Below are positions 1-7,915 of a stretch of DNA of 37,806 nt, piece by piece. The notes under the pieces are model-generated. The model worked only from the letters and a program-made list of their open reading frames with translations, had not been told where the DNA came from and made no database searches. Each line of letters starts with the position of its first letter. The first letter of the stretch is position 1. Made by a program: the position numbers and the translations under genes. The DNA lies in the IMG/VR virus record IMGVR_UViG_3300037484_000721, positions 1 through 37,806 of that record. One strand, 5' to 3'. This DNA is from a virus (taxonomy: Duplodnaviria; Caudoviricetes).

Positions 1-271
1 CAGCGTCTGGGACAGCGTCAGGGCCAGCGTCTGGGACAGCGTCTGGGACAGCGTCGGGGACAGCGTCAGGGACAGCGTCAGGGACAGCGTCGGGGCCAGC
101 GTCAGTGCCAGCGTCTGGGACAGCGTCAGGGACAGCGTCTGGGCCAGCGTCAGGGACAGCGTCTGGGACAGCGTCGGGGACAGCGTCTGGGCCAGCGTCA
201 GGGACAGCGTCAGGGACAGCGTCGGGGACAGCGTCAGGGACAGCGTCGGGGCCAGCGTCAGGGACAGCGTC
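1..271 (+). repeat. 12-bp tandem repeat AGCGTC(TGG/AGG/GGG/AGT)G(A/C)C, about 22 units, encoding SV[W/R/G/S][D/A]
   Basis: Seen directly; in frame with the CDS ending at 868. Confidence 0.97.
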
Positions 272-868
272 TACGGCCAGCACGACGCCGGATGGCTGTC
301 GTTCTACGATTATTTCCGCACCAACGGACTCACCGAGCAAACCGAAAAACTACGCGGCCTGACCGCGCTCGCCCAATCGGCAGGCTGGGCGCTTCCGCAC
401 GCAAATATCTGCTGGGTAAGCGAGCGTCACAATATACTCACGCGAGATGCACGGGGTCTGCTGCATAACGTCGCCGGGCCAGCGGTTGCCTACCCTGACG
501 GCTGGTCCATATATGCAATTCACGGCGTACGCATTCCCGCCGAGTGGGTCGAGCAGCGCGCAACGATAGACCCGTCACTCGTGCTCACGCACCGTAACGT
601 CGAGCAACGGCGTGCACTGGCCGAGCTGCTTGGCTGGGACCGCGTCCTGCAGCAGCTCAACGCGAAGGAAGTCCACCGCGACGAGTTCGGCGTGCTGCTC
701 GAAGCCGAATTGCCAGACGCCGGCAAGACGCGATTTGTTAGAGTCGTGTGCGGTACCGGCAGAACATTTGCGCTGCCGGTCGATAGCAAGACCAAGACAG
801 CTCGCGAGGCCGTGGCGAGGACATACCGTCTCTCGCCAGAAGAATACCAACCAGAAGTCAGGACCTAG
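2..868 (+). CDS. DUF6745-like protein, C-terminal part (continues from 37389)
   Basis: Frame open from 2 to 868: SVxD repeats, then SVYGQHDAGWLSFYDYF...LHNVAGPAVAYPDGWSIYAIHGVRIP...NVEQRR...EYQPEVRT, typical of DUF6745 proteins. Confidence 0.85.
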   Translation, partial: SVWDSVRASVWDSVWDSVGDSVRDSVRDSVGASVSASVWDSVRDSVWASVRDSVWDSVGDSVWASVRDSVRDSVGDSVRDSVGASVRDSVYGQHDAGWLSFYDYFRTNGLTEQTEKLRGLTALAQSAGWALPHANICWVSERHNILTRDARGLLHNVAGPAVAYPDGWSIYAIHGVRIPAEWVEQRATIDPSLVLTHRNVEQRRALAELLGWDRVLQQLNAKEVHRDEFGVLLEAELPDAGKTRFVRVVCGTGRTFALPVDSKTKTAREAVARTYRLSPEEYQPEVRT

Positions 869-877
869 GGGATTACC

Positions 878-1213
878 GTGAAGAAATTTAAGCAGACCGC
901 AGCGCAAGGCGACATCTACATCCGGCGCATCGAGAAACTACCGAACGGTACGAAGGCCGTCGAGCGAAACGGCAAAGTCATCGTGGCGCACAGCGAAACC
1001 GGCCATCACCACTCAATCCACGACAAGCGCGTGACGATGCACGCATCAGCCGACCCGTTTATTTGCTACCTGCAGGTCGAGGGTCGCTATGCCGACTTGG
1101 TGCATGAGCGGCCGTTCGACACGCACGAGACGATTCGGCTTGCGCCGGGGTGCTACGAGATTCGGCGACAGGAGGAATTTACGCCTGAGGGTTGGCGGAT
1201 GGTGCAGGACTAG
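878..1213 (+). CDS. His-rich conserved protein usually paired with DUF6745 genes
   Basis: QGDI...HSETGHHH...HETIRLAPGCYEIRRQEEF motifs; immediately downstream of the DUF6745 gene. Confidence 0.75.
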   Translation: MKKFKQTAAQGDIYIRRIEKLPNGTKAVERNGKVIVAHSETGHHHSIHDKRVTMHASADPFICYLQVEGRYADLVHERPFDTHETIRLAPGCYEIRRQEEFTPEGWRMVQD

Positions 1214-2047
1214 ATGACCACCGACCCAACCAAAATAGCCGCCATCCGCGAGCGCAACGCGACGAAGGGGCCGTGGAAAAGCGAGCCACTCACAGACGAT
1301 CCATTTGAATTTGGGTGTTCTGTCGACGGGCCACAAACAACTGGCGTTGACTGGCACTATACGCCGGCCGATGCCGCATTCATCGCTCACGCAAGACAGG
1401 ATATTCCCGACCTCCTCGCCGCCCTAGACCGCGCCGAGGCGGAGCGAGTGAAGGCAATCAGGGATTCAGTGGTGCAGTTTGCGGATGTGATGAGCCACGC
1501 GAACGATATCGCAAAGCAGCGAGACGCAGCCCTCGCCGACAACGCGCGGCTTGAGGCGGAGCGAGACAAGGCCTTTGACGTGCTAAACGTAATGAGCAAA
1601 AGAGTCCAGCGGCTCGCGTTTCAAATCCCTGCGCCGAACCAATACACGCCGTTACTGGTGGAAGTGGCGGTTGGCATTGATAACTACCTCCACACAGCCC
1701 TCGCCGCATCCGAACAATCGACACTGTCACGTCCCGGGCACGCGCCGGGTTTGTCAGACCGTGGGCACCTGGGCAGCCCTGACGTCACGGTAACGGCCGG
1801 CGAAAATCTGGCTGACAGTGCCGAACAATCGAAGGGGAGTGAGTCGGGGGACCCGCCACCAGCGGTAGCTCCGCAGGCGCCTAATCCTGCTGACCGCTCC
1901 CCTTCGTCTGATGAGAAGTGCGGAGCCTGCAAGGGAGTTGGGTTTCTTGGCGGGCGCCGCGTTCCCGTGGTGACCGTTACGCATGAAGTAAGAGCCGGCG
2001 CCATTACGTGCCCGCTCTGCAACGGCACCGGAAAGGCCACGCCATGA
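1214..2047 (+). CDS. Ead/Ea22-like early protein with C-terminal zinc finger
   Basis: ATKGPW...DAAFIAHARQDIPDLLAAL motif, coiled coil, terminal CGACKGVG...CPLCNGTG. Confidence 0.7.
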   Translation: MTTDPTKIAAIRERNATKGPWKSEPLTDDPFEFGCSVDGPQTTGVDWHYTPADAAFIAHARQDIPDLLAALDRAEAERVKAIRDSVVQFADVMSHANDIAKQRDAALADNARLEAERDKAFDVLNVMSKRVQRLAFQIPAPNQYTPLLVEVAVGIDNYLHTALAASEQSTLSRPGHAPGLSDRGHLGSPDVTVTAGENLADSAEQSKGSESGDPPPAVAPQAPNPADRSPSSDEKCGACKGVGFLGGRRVPVVTVTHEVRAGAITCPLCNGTGKATP

Positions 2048-2235
2048 GTCACGAGACCGACAGACTAATCGAGCAGCGCCGCGTCTTGCTTGAGCTACTG
2101 AGCGCAGCATCGGACCACCTCGACCCGCACGACAACGGTTGCGAGTGCGAGGATATCGGCGGCGAGTGTGTGCATTGCCTGCAAAAGCGCATTCGTATTG
2201 TGATTAATTCTGCGGCGCAGAAGGCCACGCCATGA
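2044..2235 (+). CDS. Hypothetical Cys-containing protein (63 aa)
   Basis: ATGA overlaps at both ends; CECE...CVHC. Confidence 0.6.
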   Translation: MSHETDRLIEQRRVLLELLSAASDHLDPHDNGCECEDIGGECVHCLQKRIRIVINSAAQKATP

Positions 2236-2846
2236 CCCCCACGAAAATACTGAGCGAAGCGCAAATGGCGGAGATGCGTGAGCATTACTTTAAGGACAAC
2301 GTGATGGTTGCTCATGTAGCCGGCGAAGTAGTCGCCGACGGTCTTAGTCTGCTCAACAGCCACGAGGCCCTACGTGCTGAGCGGTTATGGGCGTGTACTG
2401 CCCTTGGTGAAGCGCTTCGTGAATGCGAAGCCCTGCGCACCCGTCTCGCCGAAGTGGAGCGGGAGCGCGACGAAATCACGGAGGAGTACAAGCTTGTGCG
2501 GGACAACCATATTGCCCAGCTGGACGAGAACAGTACCATGCGCGAGCAGTTGGCGAAGAAGCAAGGCGACGTAGCGAAAGACTATTGGGACGCAGAAGAG
2601 CGTTGCGAAAAACTCATCGAGCAGTTGGCGAGCGAGAAGGCTTTCAGCGCCGAGAACGAAGAGGCGCGCCTTAAGATGTCGCTCGGCGTAACGGAATTAG
2701 TGCAAAAACTCACCATCGCGCGCGAGGCGTTGGAGCAGATAACCGAAGGTCGCGGTACGTTCAGCACGGACCACAAGCAGCACGCGATCAACACCATCGA
2801 GAGCATGAAGGTTATCGCACGCGCTGTCGTGGAGAGGATTAAGTGA
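2232..2846 (+). CDS. Hypothetical coiled-coil protein
   Basis: 204-aa ORF coupled by ATGA overlap; E/K/R-rich heptads. Confidence 0.7.
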   Translation: MTPTKILSEAQMAEMREHYFKDNVMVAHVAGEVVADGLSLLNSHEALRAERLWACTALGEALRECEALRTRLAEVERERDEITEEYKLVRDNHIAQLDENSTMREQLAKKQGDVAKDYWDAEERCEKLIEQLASEKAFSAENEEARLKMSLGVTELVQKLTIAREALEQITEGRGTFSTDHKQHAINTIESMKVIARAVVERIK

Positions 2847-3010
2847 TGACCCCATTGGAACAATATCGCCGGTGGTGGGCATCGCGCCCATGGCACGAGC
2901 GCATGTTTCGCTATGCCCTTTGGTACGCGTGGGGGCAATTCGTCTTTGGTGCATGGGCGATGTTTACGCCGGTGCTTTGCTGGCGTTGCAGGGAAGAGAC
3001 AAAGCCATGA
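2846..3010 (+). CDS. Small Trp-rich hypothetical protein (54 aa, MTPLEQYRRWW...)
   Basis: Translated by hand; TGATG overlap upstream and ATGA overlap downstream. Confidence 0.55.
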   Translation: MTPLEQYRRWWASRPWHERMFRYALWYAWGQFVFGAWAMFTPVLCWRCREETKP

Positions 3011-3225
3011 AACCCAAACGCCAAAAGAAAGCCAAGGCGGCGGTTGTGTGGGTGCTGCAAGACAACGCAAGCAAACTCTATTTTCAATGCTCGCAAGGTA
3101 TTGGACCGCGCTGTTCGCCTATGCTCGCCCTGGCGGCACGCTTCCCGACGCGACAGGCGGCAATGCAGAGCGAGGCCTACGCCCATCCGCTGATGTCGTT
3201 TGAGCCAATAGAGGTTGCGTCATGA
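3007..3225 (+). CDS. Hypothetical protein (MKPKRQKK...)
   Basis: ATG at 3007 in ATGA coupling; shorter start preferred over 2872. Confidence 0.55.
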   Translation: MKPKRQKKAKAAVVWVLQDNASKLYFQCSQGIGPRCSPMLALAARFPTRQAAMQSEAYAHPLMSFEPIEVAS

Positions 3226-3527
3226 CTGCCCCACGCGACAGCCGAGAGATAGCGCGGGAGATGGTTACAAATGGCCCCTCGGCCGTTGGTTGCGGCGAGC
3301 ATTTAGATGGCGCGGAGATGTGTCACGTCCGCCTGGGGAACTCTATCGCCGCCGCGATCGATGCTGCGCGGGAGGAGGAGCGAGAAATCATTGCCTGCGT
3401 TGTCCACGGCATGAAGCTCGGCACCCACGAGAACTTCATTCTTGGTGCGCGATACCAGATTGAGCACGTCTACGAGGCGGATATCGAGACGGCAATTCGG
3501 GCGTACGGCAAAAAGGCCGGTGCGTGA
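3222..3527 (+). CDS. Hypothetical protein
   Basis: Translationally coupled at both ends. Confidence 0.6.
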   Translation: MTAPRDSREIAREMVTNGPSAVGCGEHLDGAEMCHVRLGNSIAAAIDAAREEEREIIACVVHGMKLGTHENFILGARYQIEHVYEADIETAIRAYGKKAGA

Positions 3528-4030
3528 TGCCGCCCAAACGAATGATTCCAAGCGGCGACACGATGGCCTGCGTCAAGTGTACCGAGGTCAAGCCAGTCAT
3601 TATATTCAGGCGACACCTGTGCGGAACCACCGGTTACAGCACCATTTGCCGCGACTGCCGGAAGGCCGAGCAGCGTGCGCGCGACAGGCGTCGAAACCGC
3701 ACTGAGGCGTATCGCGAGTCGAACAGGCTACTCCACAAGAAATACCGCGACGAGGGCCGTCCAAGGGAGTGCGACAGAAAAAACTCCGCAATCAGCCGGC
3801 AGAGATTCCCCAAGCACCATCGCGCCAGGGCTATCGTTTGTGCCGCCATCAAGTCTGGGCGGCTCGTTAGGCCGGACGCGTGCGGCACTTGCGGGCTCGT
3901 TCCAGACAAGCTGCGAGGCGGGAGGGCCCCGATTCAGGCACACCACCACAACGGGTATGATGACCCTCTTGACGTCGTCTGGGTCTGTATACCTTGCCAC
4001 CACAAAGAGCACCGCAGGGGCGACACATGA
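3524..4030 (+). CDS. Zinc-finger HNH-type endonuclease-like protein
   Basis: CVKC...CRDC N-terminal finger; CGTC...IQAHHHNGYDDPLDVVWVCIPCH His-Me finger-like motif. Confidence 0.7.
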   Translation: MMPPKRMIPSGDTMACVKCTEVKPVIIFRRHLCGTTGYSTICRDCRKAEQRARDRRRNRTEAYRESNRLLHKKYRDEGRPRECDRKNSAISRQRFPKHHRARAIVCAAIKSGRLVRPDACGTCGLVPDKLRGGRAPIQAHHHNGYDDPLDVVWVCIPCHHKEHRRGDT

Positions 4031-4371
4031 CCCGCTCCAAAAACCTCCTAACCCGCGCCGAGGCCGCCACCTTTCTCGGCGTCTCGTTGTCCCAGCTGGC
4101 TCATGGCTGGGGCCCTCACCCGTTGCCTGGTTACAAACGGCCCGTTATGTACTCGCGCCGCGTTCTGCGAAATTGGCTGCGCGAGCAGGAGGCCCTGTGC
4201 TGTACCGTCGTGGAGATATCTACTGGACGCAGTTTGAGCACGGAGGACAGCGGTATCGTCTCTCAACAGGTGAAGCGAATCGCCGAGCAGCAGAGGCGAA
4301 AGCGCGTCGCCTCCGCACTGAGGTCGAGGAAACTGTTGGTGGCGGTGGCCGGCGACAAGGTGTCCCCCTAG
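4027..4371 (+). CDS. Excisionase-like helix-turn-helix protein
   Basis: LLTRAEAATFLGVS...YSRRVLRNWL pattern; directly upstream of and overlapping the integrase. Confidence 0.75.
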   Translation: MTRSKNLLTRAEAATFLGVSLSQLAHGWGPHPLPGYKRPVMYSRRVLRNWLREQEALCCTVVEISTGRSLSTEDSGIVSQQVKRIAEQQRRKRVASALRSRKLLVAVAGDKVSP

Positions 4372-5252
4372 ACATGCTGCAAGCGCTCGACATAGCCCGC
4401 GTCCGCTCAAAAGGCCTCGCCGCTCGCGAGACGGGTATCGTCAACATCTGGTCCCCTATTCTGCGCGTGCTCGGTCCTGGCCGCGACGCGACGACGCTGA
4501 CCATCGATGACATCTCGATCTATGAAGGCCGCCGTCGCGCCGAAACATTCCGTGGCGAGACAACGCGGGGGCAGACGATACGCCGCGAGGTGCAAGCCAT
4601 CCGACGCGGTATCATGCTCGCCAAGAAGACGAAGCTTATGGCGAAAGACCCGATCGATTGGACGCAGGTCGACAAGGTAAAGAGCGACCCGCCTAGCCCG
4701 ACGAAGTCCGGCAAGCTGTGGGCGGCCGACGAGATCGCCAAGGTGCTCGCCTGCTTGTCGCCGAAAGCCGTGACCGTTGGCGTACGCGACCGCATGCGCC
4801 TGATTCAGCTTACCGGCCTACGTGCCGAGGAGCTCGCCCGTGTCCGTGGCGATTGGGTTCGTAACGGTGTGCTGTACGTGCCGCACGCTGGGAGCAAGAC
4901 ACGCGAGCCGCGAATGATTCCGGTAAGCAAAGAGGCCGCCGACATCATCACCAAGTGGGGGTCGTTCGAGCACTGCAGCCCCAACAAACCCCTGAAGCTG
5001 GCAAGCAAGCGCGCCGGGTTTGCCGTGGTGCTCACGCCGCGTGACCTCCGCGTTTTCTATATCACGCACGCTGGACGCCATAACCTTGCAGCCGCTCGAG
5101 ACTTGGCCGGGCACACGAACATTGCTACAACGAGCCGTTACCTCAAGAGCGATTTTCGGAGCGTACTTGAGGCAGCGGAGGCAGCACAAAAAGCATCAGA
5201 AGCAGCCACACGACGGTGGGCACAGCAAAAAAAGGCCCGTCAAAATGGTTAA
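4197..5252 (+). CDS. int: Tyrosine recombinase/integrase (about 351 aa)
   Basis: AGGAGG then GTG at 4197; arm-binding-like N-terminus; catalytic motifs TGLRAEE, SKT, TPRDLR, LAGHTNIATTSRY. Confidence 0.92.
   Translation: MLYRRGDIYWTQFEHGGQRYRLSTGEANRRAAEAKARRLRTEVEETVGGGGRRQGVPLDMLQALDIARVRSKGLAARETGIVNIWSPILRVLGPGRDATTLTIDDISIYEGRRRAETFRGETTRGQTIRREVQAIRRGIMLAKKTKLMAKDPIDWTQVDKVKSDPPSPTKSGKLWAADEIAKVLACLSPKAVTVGVRDRMRLIQLTGLRAEELARVRGDWVRNGVLYVPHAGSKTREPRMIPVSKEAADIITKWGSFEHCSPNKPLKLASKRAGFAVVLTPRDLRVFYITHAGRHNLAAARDLAGHTNIATTSRYLKSDFRSVLEAAEAAQKASEAATRRWAQQKKARQNG
5201..5224 (+). promoter_or_regulatory. Putative integrase arm-type sites, left pair (AGCAGCCACA, GGTGGGCACA)
   Basis: 10-bp direct repeats matching the pair on the other side of the tRNA fragment. 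Confidence 0.55.
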
Positions 5253-5265
5253 TGATTTCATAGAC

Positions 5266-5310
5266 GCGCGATTAGCTCAGCTGGATAGAGTGTTGGCCTC
5301 CGAAGCCAAA
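5266..5310 (+). other. attP core: 5' half of tRNA-Arg(CCG), truncated after the anticodon arm
   Basis: GCGCGAT-TA-GCTCAGCTGGATAGAGT-G-TTGGC-CTCCGAA-GCCAA gives the acceptor 5' strand, D-arm and anticodon arm (CCG at 5300-5302); no T-arm follows; 14 bp after the int stop. Confidence 0.85.
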
Positions 5311-5387
5311 CCCAGCGTGCATCCACTCGCAAGCGTCTGTTTTTGCGTGCTTCTCCCTGCACGAATTTGCACGGGAATTCGGGATGC

Positions 5388-5410
5388 GGTGGACACAGAT
5401 GGTAGCCACA
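5388..5410 (+). promoter_or_regulatory. Putative integrase arm-type sites, right pair (GGTGGACACA, GGTAGCCACA)
   Basis: Same motif and orientation as 5201-5224; flanks the att core. Confidence 0.55.
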
Positions 5411-5435
5411 TGCGTCGCGCCTCCGGTGCAGCGTC

Positions 5436-5621
5436 ATGACCCTCACGCCCGACCGAAAGCGCCAAGCCTGGCGCGAAGCCGCCCTTGCCGCCGAGATACG
5501 CGGCGACCAGCTCGTCGAGCGCCACCCGGACATGGCGCGGTACATCCACGAGACGGTTGTGCCGTCGATGCGCAAACGCGGTGAGAACGTGGCGCGGCGG
5601 GAGAAGCGCAAAACCAAATGA
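5436..5621 (+). CDS. Hypothetical protein (61 aa)
   Basis: ATGA-coupled to the methyltransferase. Confidence 0.55.
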   Translation: MTLTPDRKRQAWREAALAAEIRGDQLVERHPDMARYIHETVVPSMRKRGENVARREKRKTK

Positions 5622-6334
5622 GCCTCACGATCGGCTCACTCTTCTCAGGCATCGGTGGCCTAGAGCTTGGCCTCGAGCGCGCCGGCCTCGGCCCGGTGAA
5701 GTGGCAGGTCGAGATCAATCCATTCTGTCGGCAGGTGCTCGCGAAGCATTGGCCGGAGGTAGCGCGATTCAATGACATCGAACTATTCGCACGTGACGGA
5801 TACGAGCCAAGCAGCGTCGACCTTATCTGTGGCGGATTCCCCTGCCAGCCATTCAGCACAGCAAGCCGTGGGAGGCGAGTCGCAAAAGACCTCTGGCCGG
5901 AAATGCTCCGTGTCATACTTGCAGTTCGTCCGCGTTTTGCCATCGTCGAAAATGTGGCGAGGGACGCGGTTGAAGTTTGTGCATCCCAGCTGGCCCGACG
6001 CGCCTACACGTGCATCATCCTTGACCTGTCGGCCGGAATGGTTGGTGCCCCTCATGAGAGACCGCGGTGGTTCCTGGTTGCCCACGCCAACGGCAACCGC
6101 GAACAGTACCTGTCGGAGCATGTCGAAATGGCCGGCATACCGCATTTGGCAGGAGCTCTTTCCTGGGCCGCTCCGCCCGAGCGAGTGGGAATGGATGATG
6201 GGCTTCCCGATCGGATGGACCGACTGCGCGCCCTCGGGAACTCCGTCGTCCCTCAGTGCGCCGAAGTAGTCGGCCACATCGTCCGCGAACTAGCCGGGTT
6301 GCACCTCCCCACCCGCAGCGATAAGGCGGGGTGA
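5618..6334 (+). CDS. DNA cytosine-5 methyltransferase (alpha-type chain)
   Basis: Motifs I SLFSGIGG, IV GGFPCQPFS, VI IVENV, VIII PHERPRWF, X RLRALGNSVVPQ. Confidence 0.93.
   Translation: MSLTIGSLFSGIGGLELGLERAGLGPVKWQVEINPFCRQVLAKHWPEVARFNDIELFARDGYEPSSVDLICGGFPCQPFSTASRGRRVAKDLWPEMLRVILAVRPRFAIVENVARDAVEVCASQLARRAYTCIILDLSAGMVGAPHERPRWFLVAHANGNREQYLSEHVEMAGIPHLAGALSWAAPPERVGMDDGLPDRMDRLRALGNSVVPQCAEVVGHIVRELAGLHLPTRSDKAG
5772..6269 (+). CDS. Overlapping +1-frame ORF, putative methyltransferase beta chain carrying motif IX
   Basis: WLPTPTA...GPLRPSEWEWMMGFPIGWTD resembles C5-MTase motif IX, which the main frame lacks; GGAGGT at 5755-5760; start uncertain. Confidence 0.6.
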   Translation: MTSNYSHVTDTSQAASTLSVADSPASHSAQQAVGGESQKTSGRKCSVSYLQFVRVLPSSKMWRGTRLKFVHPSWPDAPTRASSLTCRPEWLVPLMRDRGGSWLPTPTATANSTCRSMSKWPAYRIWQELFPGPLRPSEWEWMMGFPIGWTDCAPSGTPSSLSAPK

Positions 6335-6447
6335 TGCGCTTCTATATCTCTGCAGTGGCCGTCGGCCTGCTCGCCGCATTCCTGCTTGCCAGCATGATGG
6401 AGGTCTTACCGGCCAAGTCACAGCTGCAGTGTGGCGATAAGCGTTAA
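6334..6447 (+). CDS. Small membrane peptide (37 aa, MRFYISAVAVGLLAAFLLASMM...)
   Basis: Translated by hand; TGATG coupling to the MTase; stop overlaps the endolysin stop convergently. Confidence 0.45.
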   Translation: MRFYISAVAVGLLAAFLLASMMEVLPAKSQLQCGDKR

Positions 6448-6923
6448 ACCGCCGCCCGCATCTTCTCGGCCAAGTCCGGCCGAAACTCATAGTGCCACGA
6501 CTCATCGGGCACGGTCCGCACAAAACCAAACAGATGCGCGTTGTCGTTCAGCCACAAATCCAGCGGTGAGTCGTAAGCTGCCGTCGTGGGGTCGTCGCCC
6601 TCGGCGCGGTTGATATCCACAGCAACCCCTGACTGGTGGCCACTGTACCCGGGCCGCGCCGCTCTTGCCGGCTTGCGTCCGCCGCGCTTTAGCTTGTCTT
6701 CGGCGCTGAGTGTCGGCCAAAGTGTGTATTCGTCATAGAGCCGCTTTTGGTGGATCATCGAGCGGAACGATGTGTTTACCTTGAGCCGAAAGCCCGCGAC
6801 ACTCGCCGCTGCCGCCATGCGGTTGAAGGCGTCGGCTGCGTTGCGCTCGAGCCAGTGCCCATCGCCGATCGACTCGAGCTCCACCGGGAACTGTTCACCG
6901 TTTTTGTACCCGTAGACCTTCAC
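6444..6923 (-). CDS. Endolysin, M15-family zinc peptidase (VanY-like)
   Basis: SFRS..HQKRLY, AARPGYSGHQSGVAVD (SxHxxGxAxD) and ESWHYEF (ExWH). Confidence 0.88.
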   Translation of the reverse strand: MKVYGYKNGEQFPVELESIGDGHWLERNAADAFNRMAAAASVAGFRLKVNTSFRSMIHQKRLYDEYTLWPTLSAEDKLKRGGRKPARAARPGYSGHQSGVAVDINRAEGDDPTTAAYDSPLDLWLNDNAHLFGFVRTVPDESWHYEFRPDLAEKMRAAV

Positions 6924-7423
6924 GCGACACGCCGAGGATACTCCGGCCCCCGATGCCGCTTAGCCGACGAGCCACCGAACAGCCGCAAGCCGACGTAGCA
7001 AAGCCGTGACGTGATCCACCACCCGCCAAACGCCCGCAACAGGTCCCGGTACAGCCGGTCACAAAACACCCGGTCCACCGGCGCCAGGCTGCCGTTGCGC
7101 AACCCCTCGTAGAGCTCGTCATGCACGCACCCAGGCCAGGCGCTCGTGCGGTCATCGAGCCAGCGACCAAGCAGCGGCACGCTTGAGCCGTCGAACACGT
7201 ATCCTTCGCTGGTGTGCAGCCGACCGTCGGTCATAAGCTGCGCGACTAGCTTGCCGTCGGGGCCGTTCAGGCGGAACGCCCGCTCTTTAAGGCCGGTATC
7301 AATCCAGCACGCCGCGTCACAGCGCCACAACTGCCCCTTGATGTCACGTAGCTCCGGCTCACCGCTATTTGGGTAGGCCTTCGAGCCCTTCGCGTAGGAC
7401 TCGGCGCTCAGCGTTTCACCCAC
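6920..7423 (-). CDS. DUF1353-family protein
   Basis: GYVFDGSSVP...CVHDELY...CDRLYRDLL...YVGLRLFGG pattern; start uncertain. Confidence 0.75.
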   Translation of the reverse strand: MGETLSAESYAKGSKAYPNSGEPELRDIKGQLWRCDAACWIDTGLKERAFRLNGPDGKLVAQLMTDGRLHTSEGYVFDGSSVPLLGRWLDDRTSAWPGCVHDELYEGLRNGSLAPVDRVFCDRLYRDLLRAFGGWWITSRLCYVGLRLFGGSSAKRHRGPEYPRRVA

Positions 7424-7605
7424 GAGCGCAGGCCAGCGTAGGCGGTAGCTGCAGCAATTGCAGCAGCCATAACCTCGGGCGAGACGTCGAGGTTGAGCTT
7501 TTTGTTGAGGATCGCCGCCAGGATGGTGCCGGCGAGCATGTGTAGCTCGCTCGCCTTGTAGCCTGGCTTCGTTGCGGGAGGTGGTGGGGTAAAATCAGCG
7601 ACCAT
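7408..7605 (-). CDS. Putative holin
   Basis: KPGYKASE motif, two hydrophobic segments, basic C-terminus, GGAG RBS, upstream of the endolysin. Confidence 0.6.
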   Translation of the reverse strand: MVADFTPPPPATKPGYKASELHMLAGTILAAILNKKLNLDVSPEVMAAAIAAATAYAGLRSWVKR

Positions 7606-7915
7606 TTTTACGGCTCCTTTTGGGCTTGGGCTCATCAGGGGGCGGAAACAACGACTTGCGAATCATGGCCAGCTCGCTCGCAAAGTCGTCCTGGCGCGTG
7701 CTCATCGCAGCAAAGCCGTTGCCAATCTGCGCGGTTAGGTGGGCTACGGCGCGTGTTAGGTCTTCGATCCGTAGCGTCGTGTCGCTCTGTTTGACGACTT
7801 TAACCCGCAGCTCCTCGTGGTTCGCGTCCGTGGTCGTCAGGCGTCTATCGATCTGACCGACAGCGTCAGCAAGTGCCTGCAGGGTTAGGCCGTTTCGGCC
7901 GTGCTCGCCGCTCAT
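7595..7915 (-). CDS. Hypothetical coiled-coil protein in the lysis region
   Basis: Coupled ORF with heptad pattern. Confidence 0.6.
   Translation of the reverse strand: MSGEHGRNGLTLQALADAVGQIDRRLTTTDANHEELRVKVVKQSDTTLRIEDLTRAVAHLTAQIGNGFAAMSTRQDDFASELAMIRKSLFPPPDEPKPKRSRKNGR

Noticed and set aside
1-271. CRISPR array or DGR variable region
   Set aside because: Units are contiguous 12-mers with no spacers and encode protein; no reverse transcriptase or template repeat is seen and the A of AGC is invariant.
105-362. 85-aa ASGT-repeat ORF
   Set aside because: Alternative frame of the repeat; the frame from position 2 continues into a recognisable domain.
3675-4196. N-terminal extension giving a 525-aa integrase
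   Set aside because: Overlaps the HNH and excisionase genes; a strong RBS and GTG at 4197 give a normal-sized integrase.
5266-5345. Complete tRNA-Arg gene
   Set aside because: No T-arm or 3' acceptor strand follows 5310, and I found no 3' half nearby.
3524-6334. Restriction-modification system (HNH plus C5-MTase)
   Set aside because: The genes are separated by xis, int and attP, and the HNH resembles common stand-alone phage proteins.
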